Shown here piece by piece: positions 10,422-19,493 of a DNA stretch of 32,000 nt. Source of the stretch: Prochlorococcus marinus subsp. pastoris str. CCMP1986. GTDB taxonomy: Bacteria > Cyanobacteriota > Cyanobacteriia > PCC-6307 > Cyanobiaceae. The notes beneath the pieces are model-generated. The model saw nothing but the letters and a program-made list of their open reading frames with translations. It searched no databases and had not been told where the DNA came from. A program made the translations under genes and the position numbers. The stretch is taken from the NCBI RefSeq assembly GCF_000011465.1, contig NC_005072.1:1620001-1652000 (forward strand), read 5' to 3'. How positions within the stretch are numbered: the first letter of the stretch is position 1; the number at the start of each line of letters is the position of its first letter.

Positions 10422-12509
10422 ATGAAATACGAAGCTAACAATTTTATTAATAGAGAATTAAGTTGGATCGACTTTAATAAAAGAGTTCTTCTTACAGGGA
10501 TGGAGAAAGATTATAAAGTACTAGATAAAATTAAATTTTTTTCAATTTTCAGTAATAATCTTGATGAATTTTTTATGGTTAGAGTTGCATCATTAAAAGC
10601 TCAAGTTGAAGCCGGAATTAGAAAAAAAAGTATTGATGGACATACTCCTAAAGAACAATTAAAAAAAATTAACAAGGAAGTAAAAAAACTCACAATCCTT
10701 CAAGAAAAATATTTTAATAATGAATTAAATGATGAGCTTAAAAATGAAGGCATTTTCATAAAAAAGTATTGTGAACTCAATCAAAATCAGAAAAATTGGT
10801 GTGATAGCTATTTCCTATCTTCAATTTTTCCTTTATTAACACCATTAGTAGTTGATCCTGCGCACCCATTCCCTTTTATAAGTAATTTAAGTCTTAATTT
10901 GGCTGCTCTCATTAATGATGGAGAAGAATCAAAAAATCAATTTGTAAGAATTAAAATACCGACAAAAAATATTGGCAGATTTATACTAATTCCCAATGAA
11001 ATTATTGAAACTGAAGATGAAAGAGAGCATTTTTTTATAACTGTTGAAGACTTAATTGGAAACAATATCAATGCCTTATTTAATGGAATGGAATGCTTAA
11101 ATTATTCTTTTTTCCGAGTAACAAGAGATGCAGATTTAGAATTAAAAGAACTTGAAGCTGACGACTTACTTCTTGCGGTAGAGCAAAGCTTGCAAAAAAG
11201 AAGATTAGGGGGAGATGTAGTTAGATTAGAAGTAAATGAAAATATTCCACAAAATATTTTAAAGTTACTCATTGAGAGTATTGCAATACCAGAAGAATAT
11301 ATCTACTTTTGCAAAAGCTTATTAGGACTTGACGATTTAAATTACCTCTTAAAAATTAATCGAGAAGACTTAAAAGAAAATTTATTAATTGGAGATACAC
11401 ATCCATTATTAAAATCGTTAGATTCTTCTAAAGACAAAAATTTTAACTCTATTTTTAGCATTCTTAGAAAACAGAGTATACTTCTACATCATCCATACGA
11501 CTTATTCAAAACCTCTGTAGAAGAATTTATCAACAAAGCTGCTGACGACCCACTTGTACTAGCTATTAAAATTACTCTTTATAGAGTTTCAAAAGATTCT
11601 CCAATTATTGAAGCCTTAATGAGAGCAGCTGAGAATGGGAAAGAGGTAATGACTCTTGTTGAGCTCAAAGCAAGATTTGATGAAGATAACAACATCCAAT
11701 GGGCAAAACAGCTTGAGCAAGCTGGAATTCATGTTGTTTATGGAATAATAGGCTTTAAAACACATACAAAGATTGCTTTAGTGGTTAGAAAAGAGAAAAG
11801 AAGACTAAGGAATTATTTTCATATTGGAACGGGAAATTACAATTCGAACACTTCTCGCTATTACACAGACATAGGATTTCTATCAACAGATCCTGATATC
11901 TCCTCAGATTTAATTGAACTCTTTAATTACTTATCAGGTTTCTCAAAACAAAAGGCTTATCAGAAATTATTAGTATCTCCAACATCATTAAGAAAAAAAT
12001 TCATCTTTTTAATAAATAGAGAAATTGAAAATATCGAAGAGGGCAAGAAAGGTGAAATTATTGCAAAAATGAATTCATTAGTAGATCCAGAAATTATTCA
12101 ATTACTTTATTTAGCTTCCCAAAAAGGAGTAAAAATTCACCTGATAATAAGAGGGATATGTTGTTTATATCCTCAAAGAGAGAATTTGAGTGAAAATATT
12201 AAGGTTACAAGTATTATTGGGCATTTTCTTGAACATTCTAGAATTTTTTGGTTTTACAATAACAATAATCCAGAAGTTTTTATAGGCAGCGCAGACTGGA
12301 TGAGAAGAAATTTAGACAGAAGAATAGAAGCTGTTACACCTATAGAAGACCTAAAATTAAAATCTCAACTATATGATCTTTTACAAACTTATATTTATGA
12401 TAATTATTACTCCTGGATCATGAATAAAGATGGAATATACGAAAAAAAAGAGAGGGATTCAAACTCAAATCGTTCTCAAATTGATCTAATAAAAAGATTA
12501 AAAAAATAA
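10422..12509 (+). CDS. ppk: Polyphosphate kinase 1
   Basis: 695 aa. N-terminal 'NRELSWIDFNKRVL' and 'NLDEFFMVRV' are typical of PPK1. 'FKTHTKIALVVR' matches the autophosphorylated-His region. PLD-like C-terminal domains are present ('GSADWMRRNLDRRIE'). Confidence 0.95.
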   Translation: MKYEANNFINRELSWIDFNKRVLLTGMEKDYKVLDKIKFFSIFSNNLDEFFMVRVASLKAQVEAGIRKKSIDGHTPKEQLKKINKEVKKLTILQEKYFNNELNDELKNEGIFIKKYCELNQNQKNWCDSYFLSSIFPLLTPLVVDPAHPFPFISNLSLNLAALINDGEESKNQFVRIKIPTKNIGRFILIPNEIIETEDEREHFFITVEDLIGNNINALFNGMECLNYSFFRVTRDADLELKELEADDLLLAVEQSLQKRRLGGDVVRLEVNENIPQNILKLLIESIAIPEEYIYFCKSLLGLDDLNYLLKINREDLKENLLIGDTHPLLKSLDSSKDKNFNSIFSILRKQSILLHHPYDLFKTSVEEFINKAADDPLVLAIKITLYRVSKDSPIIEALMRAAENGKEVMTLVELKARFDEDNNIQWAKQLEQAGIHVVYGIIGFKTHTKIALVVRKEKRRLRNYFHIGTGNYNSNTSRYYTDIGFLSTDPDISSDLIELFNYLSGFSKQKAYQKLLVSPTSLRKKFIFLINREIENIEEGKKGEIIAKMNSLVDPEIIQLLYLASQKGVKIHLIIRGICCLYPQRENLSENIKVTSIIGHFLEHSRIFWFYNNNNPEVFIGSADWMRRNLDRRIEAVTPIEDLKLKSQLYDLLQTYIYDNYYSWIMNKDGIYEKKERDSNSNRSQIDLIKRLKK

Positions 12510-12706
12510 ATTTTTTTATAACATTTTAAAAAACTTCTTAATATTGATAAAAATTTTATATTTATAAGAAATCAAGTCATATCAGTTATTTTGAAGTAAT
12601 ATTAGTAGAAATCAATTTTCTTGTCTTTAAAGTTTCAACGCAAAAGTATTTTTTTTCTTGATTTCAGTGCTAGCTTTTAAAAAATCCACTTAAAGAGGCC
12701 AGGGTG

Positions 12707-13726
12707 ATGGGGATCCTTCTGGAATCTGGAAATAGTTCTTCAAAAAAGAAAACTGAAGAACCTAGATTACCAAACACTGCGGGCAAGACTCGCAAAACAA
12801 AACCAAGCTTAACTGCTAAACAAAACCAAAAAAAATCTGCAAGACTCGCTTCAGATTCAATAGGTTATTACTTAAGCAGTATTGGAAGAGTTCCTCTTCT
12901 TACTGCAGCAGAAGAAATAGAGCTAGCTCATCATGTTCAAAACATGAAAAAGATGCTAGAAATTCCTGAGATAGAAAGATCATCAAAACATCTTCGCCTA
13001 ATTAAAATTGGGAAAAGAGCTAGAGATAGAATGATGTCAGCCAATTTAAGACTTGTAGTATCTGTTGCCAAGAAGTATCAAAATCAAGGTTTAGATTTAT
13101 TAGACTTGGTACAAGAAGGCGCTATAGGCTTAGAAAGAGCGGTTGATAAATTTGATCCTGCGATGGGATATAAATTTTCTACTTATGCTTATTGGTGGAT
13201 TAGACAAGGAATGACAAGAGCTATTGATAATAGCGCTAGGACAATTAGATTACCAATTCATATTAGTGAAAAACTTTCCAAAATGAGAAGAGTTTCCAGA
13301 GAATTATCTCAAAAATCTGGAAGGCAACCAACCAGATTAGAAATGGCAACAGCGATGGGAATTGAGCAAAAAGATTTAGAAGACTTAATCTCTCAAAGTG
13401 CTCCATGCGCATCTCTTGATGCTCACGCAAGAGGCGAAGAAGATCGTAGTACCTTAGGTGAACTTATTCCCGATCCAAATGGAGAAGAGCCTATGGAAGG
13501 GATGGATAGAACAATCCAAAAAGAACATTTAGGAACTTGGCTGACTCAATTAAATGAAAGAGAACAAAAAATTATGAAACTTAGATTCGGCTTAGACGGA
13601 GAGGAACCTCTTACACTGGCAGAAATAGGAAGACAAATAAATGTATCCAGAGAAAGAGTTAGGCAACTAGAAGCTAAGGCAATTTTAAAACTTAGAGTAA
13701 TGACCACTCATCAAAAAGCAGCCTAG
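12707..13726 (+). CDS. RNA polymerase sigma-70 family factor, group 2 (RpoD-like alternative sigma)
   Basis: Region 2 is 'DLVQEGAIGLERAVDKFDPAMGYKFSTYAYWWIRQGMTRAI', region 3 is 'IRLPIHISEKL' and region 4.2 is 'LAEIGRQINVSRERVRQLEAKAILKLR'. At about 339 aa with a short basic N-terminus and no region 1.1-type acidic domain, it looks like group 2. The track starts at GTG 12704; ATG is the next codon (12707), preceded by AAAGAGG at 12692..12698. Confidence 0.92.
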   Translation: MGILLESGNSSSKKKTEEPRLPNTAGKTRKTKPSLTAKQNQKKSARLASDSIGYYLSSIGRVPLLTAAEEIELAHHVQNMKKMLEIPEIERSSKHLRLIKIGKRARDRMMSANLRLVVSVAKKYQNQGLDLLDLVQEGAIGLERAVDKFDPAMGYKFSTYAYWWIRQGMTRAIDNSARTIRLPIHISEKLSKMRRVSRELSQKSGRQPTRLEMATAMGIEQKDLEDLISQSAPCASLDAHARGEEDRSTLGELIPDPNGEEPMEGMDRTIQKEHLGTWLTQLNEREQKIMKLRFGLDGEEPLTLAEIGRQINVSRERVRQLEAKAILKLRVMTTHQKAA

Positions 13727-13731
13727 TTAAG

Positions 13732-14376
13732 TTGTTGAATTTTGTTTTTATTTTTGTTTATATATTTATTATCTTTTTTATATCGATAATATATAAAAGA
13801 TTTAATCCAAATAATAAAGAAGTACTGAGAAAAATTATTCATATTGGAATAGGACCTTTAATTCCTCTCGCAAAATTCTTAGATATAGATCAAACTTCTG
13901 CTCTTTGTTTTACAGGGCTTGTTACGTTGCTAACTTTCATAAATTACCAATCTAAATTATTTCCAACTATTGAGGATGTAGATAGAAAAAGTTATGGAAC
14001 CTTATTTTATTGTTTAAGTTTATTTATTTTAATTTACCTTTATTGGGAAAAAGATCCTACTTCACTGATTGCTGGTTTTTTTATAATGACATTTGGTGAT
14101 GGCTTTGCAGCATTAATAGGAAAGAACTTTAAATCCAAAAGTTGGATTTTTTTAAACCAAAAAAAATCTTTGTTTGGAACAACCACTATGTTTATTACAA
14201 GCTTGATAGTAGTTTTTGGTTTAAGTTATATCCAAAAATACACTTTTAATATAAATTTTTTTACTGTTGCTTCTATTTCTACAATACTTGAACAATTTAG
14301 TTTTTTTGGAATAGATAACTTTATAGTGCCAATTTCAGCAGCATTTTGTTTTAACTTTTTTATTACAGGTTTATAA
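13732..14376 (+). CDS. Integral membrane CTP-dependent polyprenol (phytol/dolichol) kinase family protein
   Basis: 214 aa and very hydrophobic with multiple helices. 'RKIIHIGIGP' and 'FGDGFAALIGK' resemble the phytol/dolichol kinase and CDP-diglyceride synthase superfamily. It needs a TTG start: the first in-frame ATG is at residue 119. The specific substrate is not determinable from sequence. Confidence 0.6.
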   Translation: MLNFVFIFVYIFIIFFISIIYKRFNPNNKEVLRKIIHIGIGPLIPLAKFLDIDQTSALCFTGLVTLLTFINYQSKLFPTIEDVDRKSYGTLFYCLSLFILIYLYWEKDPTSLIAGFFIMTFGDGFAALIGKNFKSKSWIFLNQKKSLFGTTTMFITSLIVVFGLSYIQKYTFNINFFTVASISTILEQFSFFGIDNFIVPISAAFCFNFFITGL

Positions 14377-14377
14377 A

Positions 14378-15445
14378 TTACAAAATTGAATCATATAGAA
14401 TCTGAAGCAAATTTTTCGTTGTTTCTATATTTATGCAAGCATCAGTAATACTCGTACCATATTCAAGATCTTTCATATTTGAAAGTTTTTGATTACCCTC
14501 CTTCAGATGACTTTCAAGCATTACTCCTAAAATATTTTTTTCACCATTCTTAATCTGATTTGCTACGTTTTTAAGGACATCAGATTGCTTTGTGTAATCT
14601 TTATTAGAATTTCCATGGCTACAATCAATCATAACTTTGTAAGGAAGATTACCTTCTTTTAATTCGGAAGAAATACTTTTTACATGTTGATTTTCGAAAT
14701 TAACTCCTTTAGAACCTCCCCTTAAAACTATATGTCCATCTGGATTGCCGGTTGTATTTACAATAGAAGCATAACCTTGATCATTAACACCTAAGAAATG
14801 ATGAGATTTTGAAGCCGACTGCATCGCATTAATAGCAGTACTAAAAGAACCATCAGTACCATTTTTAAAACCAATAGGCATGGATAATCCTGAAGCCATT
14901 TCTCTATGAGTTTGACTTTCGGTAGTCCTTGCACCAATTGCTGTCCAACTGATTAAATCAGCAATATATTGAGGAACAATTGGATCTAATAACTCAGTAG
15001 CAGAGGGTATCCCACGCGTTGCCAAATAAGATAGTAAATTTCTCGCTCTTCGTAAACCTGTATTAATGTCATATGAACCATCTAAATGAGGGTCATTTAT
15101 TAATCCTTTCCAACCAATTGTAGTTCTGGGTTTTTCGAAATATACTCGCATTACAATTTCTAATTTATCTTTATAAATTTTTCTAAATTCCTGAATATAT
15201 TCTGAATAATCTTTAGCAGCCTCAATATCATGAATTGAACATGGTCCCACTATGACTAGAATCCGAGGATCATTATTGTGCAAAATATTTTGTATTGATC
15301 TTCTAGTATTAGAGACAGTTTCTGCAGAGGTATAATCTAAAGGTATATCATTATGAAGTTTGCTTGGAGGTATTAATGGACGTGTTTCAACAACATGCAA
15401 ATCAGATGTTTTTTCTAAAGATTGATTATTGGATGAAGTCGTCAT
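14378..15445 (-). CDS. aroG: 3-deoxy-7-phosphoheptulonate (DAHP) synthase, class I
   Basis: 355 aa. 'ILVIVGPCSIHD', 'FEKPRTTIGWKGLINDPHLDGS' and 'IDCSHGNS' are class I alpha DAHP synthase signatures. Confidence 0.93.
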   Translation of the reverse strand: MTTSSNNQSLEKTSDLHVVETRPLIPPSKLHNDIPLDYTSAETVSNTRRSIQNILHNNDPRILVIVGPCSIHDIEAAKDYSEYIQEFRKIYKDKLEIVMRVYFEKPRTTIGWKGLINDPHLDGSYDINTGLRRARNLLSYLATRGIPSATELLDPIVPQYIADLISWTAIGARTTESQTHREMASGLSMPIGFKNGTDGSFSTAINAMQSASKSHHFLGVNDQGYASIVNTTGNPDGHIVLRGGSKGVNFENQHVKSISSELKEGNLPYKVMIDCSHGNSNKDYTKQSDVLKNVANQIKNGEKNILGVMLESHLKEGNQKLSNMKDLEYGTSITDACINIETTKNLLQILYDSIL

Positions 15446-15542
15446 TGATTAATTAAGAAGTTTGAATATTTAAAAAAGCATTTATGAATACTCTCCTTAT
15501 CAATATTAAAAATAACAATAGATTAGGCATTAAACCTTACAA

Positions 15543-18116
15543 ATGAAGAAATTGGAAACATTGCTCAAAGATTATGCAAATCATGTAGCTGAGAGAGCTA
15601 CTAAAGGCATACCTCCATTACCACTAAATGCAGAACAGACTAACTGTATTACTAACCTCTTGGAGCAAAACACTAATTACGATAGTGAATATTTGCTAGA
15701 TTTGCTCATAAATAGAGTACCGCCAGGGGTAGACGAGGCAGCATATGTAAAAGCAAGCTGGCTTACGGCAATTGCTCAAAGCGAAAAACATTGCAGATAC
15801 ATTAACCCTGAGAGAGCAATTGAGATACTAGGCACAATGATAGGTGGATATAATGTTAATTCTCTGGTTGAAATACTTAAAGGGGAAAATAGTTTACTAG
15901 CTAAAAAAGCAGCAGAGGTTTTAAAAAATATCATTCTTGTTTACGATTCGGCGAATGATATTTATGAATTATCTCAAAATAATATTTATGCACAAGAAGT
16001 AGTAAATAGTTGGGCAAATGCAGAATGGTTCAAAAGTAAAAAAGTTCTACAGGAAGAAATTACTTGTCTAGTATTCAAAATTGATGGTGAGACAAATACA
16101 GATGACTTATCTCCTGCAGTTCACGCGACAACTCGTCCTGATATACCATTGCACGCTTTGGCTATGCTCGAATTTAAAAAGCAAGATGGATTAGAAATTC
16201 TTGATAATCTTAAAAAACAAGAGATCCCAATTGCTTATGTTGGAGATGTAGTAGGCACAGGTAGTTCAAGAAAATCAGCTATAAATTCACTGATTTGGCA
16301 TATTGGCGAAGATATACCTTTTGTACCAAATAAAAGAACGGGAGGAATAATAATTGGCAGCAAAATAGCTCCTATTTTCTTTAATACCGCACAAGATTCA
16401 GGAGCACTTCCGATAGAGGCTGATGTATCCCAAATGAACACAGGAGATTTAATAAAGATATTTCCTTATGAAGGCGTTATTAAAAAAATTGAAAAAAATA
16501 CTAATTATGAAATAGTAATAAGTCAATTCGACTTGTATCCATCAACTATTACTGATGAAATTCAAGCTGGAGGGAGAATAAATCTCATGATTGGTCGTTC
16601 ACTCACAGACAAGATTAGAAACAAATTAGATTATCAACCTAGTGAAATATTTATCAGGCCAAAAAATCCAAAAGAATTTAATTCTGGTTTTACTCAAGCA
16701 CAAAAAATAGTAGGTAAAGCATGCGGTTTAAAGGGGGTTCGACCTGGAATGACCTGTGAACCAATTATGACGACAGTTGGGAGTCAAGATACTACTGGGC
16801 CCATGACGAGGGATGAACTTAAAGAATTAGCTTGTTTAGGATTCACTGCAGATTTAGTTATGCAAAGTTTTTGTCACACAGCTGCATATCCTAAACCAGT
16901 AGATTTGCTTACACATAAAGAATTACCTGACTTTATATCTCAAAGAGGTGGAGTAGCTCTAAAACCCGGGGATGGAATAATTCACAGCTGGCTTAACAGA
17001 ATGCTCCTTCCTGATACTGTTGGTACAGGTGGAGATAGTCATACAAGATTCCCTCTTGGAATTTCATTTCCTGGAGGCTCGGGCATTGTTGCCTTTGCTG
17101 CTGCAATAGGATCAATGCCATTAAATATGCCAGAATCAGTACTCGTAAAATTTAAGGGCGATTTATTACCAGGCATAACCTTACGAGATTTAGTTAATGC
17201 AATCCCACTCTTTGCGATTAAAAAGGGACTTTTGACTGTTGAAAAAGCAAATAAAAAAAATATATTTAACGGAAAAATTATGGAAATTGAAGGATTGCCT
17301 AACTTAAAACTTGAACAAGCTTTCGAACTAACTGATGCTACTGCTGAACGCTCATGCGCTGGAAGCACAATACTTTTATCACAGGAAACTGTTCAAGAAT
17401 ACATAAGAAGCAATATTTGCCTTTTAGAAAAAATGATTGAGAGCAATTATGAAGATTCAAAGTCAATATCAAGAAGAATTAATGATATGAAAAATTGGTT
17501 AAAGAAACCTGAATTAATTCAGCCAGATCTGAATGCCAGTTACGAAGAAATAATTGAAATTGACTTATCTCAAGTTAAACAACCTATAGTTGCTTGTCCC
17601 AACGATCCAGACAATGTGAAAGAAATTGTTGATGTTGCAAATACAAATATTGATGAAGTTTTTATAGGTTCTTGTATGACAAACATTGGTCACTACAGGG
17701 CTGCCGCAAAAGTTCTTGAAGGTGTGAAAAATTTAAAGGCAAAACTATGGATTTGTCCACCCACAAAAATGGATGAGGAAACTCTGAAACAAGAAGGTTA
17801 CTATGAAATATTTGAAAATTGTGGTGCGAGATTAGAATTGCCTGGCTGTTCTTTATGCATGGGAAATCAAGCCAGAGTAGATGAAGGATCAATTGTATTT
17901 TCTACTAGTACAAGAAATTTTGACAATAGGCTTGGGAAAAATGCTCAAGTATTTTTAGGGAGTGCAGAATTAGCAGCAGTTTGTGCACTTCTTGGAAAAA
18001 TTCCTGAAATAGAAGAATATCAGGATATTACTAAAAATAAAATTAATCCATATTCTGATGAACTTTATCGCTATCTTCAATTTGATGAAATACACGATTT
18101 CAGCTTGTCAAAGTAA
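15543..18116 (+). CDS. acnB: Aconitate hydratase B (bifunctional aconitase 2 / 2-methylisocitrate dehydratase)
   Basis: 857 aa. It has the AcnB-type N-terminal HEAT-like domain and 'PPLPLNAEQ', and the catalytic 'GTGGDSHTRFP'. The Fe-S cysteine ligands are in 'GSCMTN' and 'PGCSLCMGNQ'. Confidence 0.96.
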   Translation: MKKLETLLKDYANHVAERATKGIPPLPLNAEQTNCITNLLEQNTNYDSEYLLDLLINRVPPGVDEAAYVKASWLTAIAQSEKHCRYINPERAIEILGTMIGGYNVNSLVEILKGENSLLAKKAAEVLKNIILVYDSANDIYELSQNNIYAQEVVNSWANAEWFKSKKVLQEEITCLVFKIDGETNTDDLSPAVHATTRPDIPLHALAMLEFKKQDGLEILDNLKKQEIPIAYVGDVVGTGSSRKSAINSLIWHIGEDIPFVPNKRTGGIIIGSKIAPIFFNTAQDSGALPIEADVSQMNTGDLIKIFPYEGVIKKIEKNTNYEIVISQFDLYPSTITDEIQAGGRINLMIGRSLTDKIRNKLDYQPSEIFIRPKNPKEFNSGFTQAQKIVGKACGLKGVRPGMTCEPIMTTVGSQDTTGPMTRDELKELACLGFTADLVMQSFCHTAAYPKPVDLLTHKELPDFISQRGGVALKPGDGIIHSWLNRMLLPDTVGTGGDSHTRFPLGISFPGGSGIVAFAAAIGSMPLNMPESVLVKFKGDLLPGITLRDLVNAIPLFAIKKGLLTVEKANKKNIFNGKIMEIEGLPNLKLEQAFELTDATAERSCAGSTILLSQETVQEYIRSNICLLEKMIESNYEDSKSISRRINDMKNWLKKPELIQPDLNASYEEIIEIDLSQVKQPIVACPNDPDNVKEIVDVANTNIDEVFIGSCMTNIGHYRAAAKVLEGVKNLKAKLWICPPTKMDEETLKQEGYYEIFENCGARLELPGCSLCMGNQARVDEGSIVFSTSTRNFDNRLGKNAQVFLGSAELAAVCALLGKIPEIEEYQDITKNKINPYSDELYRYLQFDEIHDFSLSK

Positions 18117-18125
18117 TCATGGACT

Positions 18126-19484
18126 ATGCGAAACCTTATAAAAGAAAATATTAAAAAAACAGGAAATAACTCTTCTCGAAGCATTAAAAAATTACTTAAA
18201 CAAAGATCTTTTGTTGTTTTCATATCAATTCTATTAACAGGTTTAGGGGCATCAATTACTAGTATTTCTTTTAAAACTGGAATTTATTTTATAAATAATT
18301 GGAGATTAGAACTTTTAAATCATTTTCCGTCTGTTGCAGTCCTACCACTATTTGGTGCAGTTGGTGGAGCTATTGCAGGATTTTTGATTAAAAATTTTGC
18401 TCCTGCAGCGAAAGGTTCAGGTGTAAGTCAAATCATGGGATTTTTAAGACATAAAAAAGTACCTATGAATCTTAAAGTTGGATTAGTCAAATTAATATCT
18501 GGAATCATTGCAATCGGAAGCGGGTTCCCTTTGGGTCCTGAAGGTCCATCAGTTCAAATGGGGGGTTCAGTTGCTTGGCAAATGGCAAGATGGCTAAAAG
18601 CTCCTCTAGCATTTAGAAGAGTAATAGTTGCTGCTGGAGGTGGAGCTGGAATAGCAGCAGTATTTAGCGCTCCTTTGGGTGGCTTCATTTACGCAATTGA
18701 AGAATTATTAAATTCTGCAAGACCAGTAATCTTATTATTAGTCGTAATTACAACTTTCATAGCAGATTCATCTGCAGATATTATTCAAGCCTTGGGTTTA
18801 GATCCAAAAGCCGGGGGTTTTGATTTCAATCTAGGCTTTTTAATCCAAAAAGAATATGATCCATCTGTCTTTTTCTTACCTATTGATTTTATTTACCTTG
18901 TGTTACTTGGAATAATTATTGGATTATTCGCAGAACTTTATAGTAAGTATGTTCTTTTTATGCAAAAGCTTGGAAAAAAATGGTATAAAAATAAATTTGT
19001 TCTAAAAATGAGTATTTGCGGACTTTTACTTGGAAGCATTTATTCTTTTTTGCCTAGCTCTTTCCATAATTTAGATGAATTGCAAAAAATAATAGTCGAA
19101 AAGAATACGAATATTGAAATAGCCTTTTTAGCTGTATTTATACTTTTTATAACAACAGGATTAGCCGCTGCATCTGGAGCCCCTGGAGGGCTATTCTATC
19201 CGATGCTCACTTTAGGAGGAGCTATTGGATTAATCATGGGAACCTGGGTAGAAATTGCTACAGGTCATGCCCCAAGTACATATATATTTGCTGGAATGGG
19301 GGCATTTGTAGCTGGATGTTCAAGAACACCAATAACTGCAATGTTCTTAGCTTTTGCTTTAACAAAAAATTTATTAATTATGAAGCCCGTTCTCATTAGC
19401 TGTATTGCAAGTTTCCTAGTAGCAAGAGCGTTTAATGAAGAATCAATTTATGAAAGACAAATTCAAATTGAATTAGAAGATTAA
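18126..19484 (+). CDS. ClC family voltage-gated chloride channel / Cl-/H+ exchanger
   Basis: 452 aa polytopic membrane protein. ClC selectivity-filter-like motifs are present: 'GSGVSQ' (compare GSGIPE), 'GPEGPSVQ' (compare GREGPxVQ, gating Glu retained) and 'GGLFYP' (GxFxP). Confidence 0.9.
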   Translation: MRNLIKENIKKTGNNSSRSIKKLLKQRSFVVFISILLTGLGASITSISFKTGIYFINNWRLELLNHFPSVAVLPLFGAVGGAIAGFLIKNFAPAAKGSGVSQIMGFLRHKKVPMNLKVGLVKLISGIIAIGSGFPLGPEGPSVQMGGSVAWQMARWLKAPLAFRRVIVAAGGGAGIAAVFSAPLGGFIYAIEELLNSARPVILLLVVITTFIADSSADIIQALGLDPKAGGFDFNLGFLIQKEYDPSVFFLPIDFIYLVLLGIIIGLFAELYSKYVLFMQKLGKKWYKNKFVLKMSICGLLLGSIYSFLPSSFHNLDELQKIIVEKNTNIEIAFLAVFILFITTGLAAASGAPGGLFYPMLTLGGAIGLIMGTWVEIATGHAPSTYIFAGMGAFVAGCSRTPITAMFLAFALTKNLLIMKPVLISCIASFLVARAFNEESIYERQIQIELED

Positions 19485-19493
19485 AAATTATTT

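Noticed and set aside
12567-12615. A direct repeat AGAAATCAA at 12567..12575 and 12607..12615 in the sigma-factor upstream spacer.
   Set aside because: One 9-mer match within about 200 nt of roughly 75-80% A+T sequence is about what chance predicts. There is no third copy or dyad symmetry.
15497-15524. A sigma-70-like promoter candidate for acnB (TTATCA - 16 nt - TAGATT). Similar hexamer pairs occur upstream of rpsF (TTGACC at 24386) and the sigma factor (TTGTCT at 12621).
   Set aside because: In sequence this AT-rich, -10/-35-like hexamers occur frequently by chance. The spacings or -10 matches for the rpsF and sigma candidates are poor. Without TSS data I cannot support them as features.
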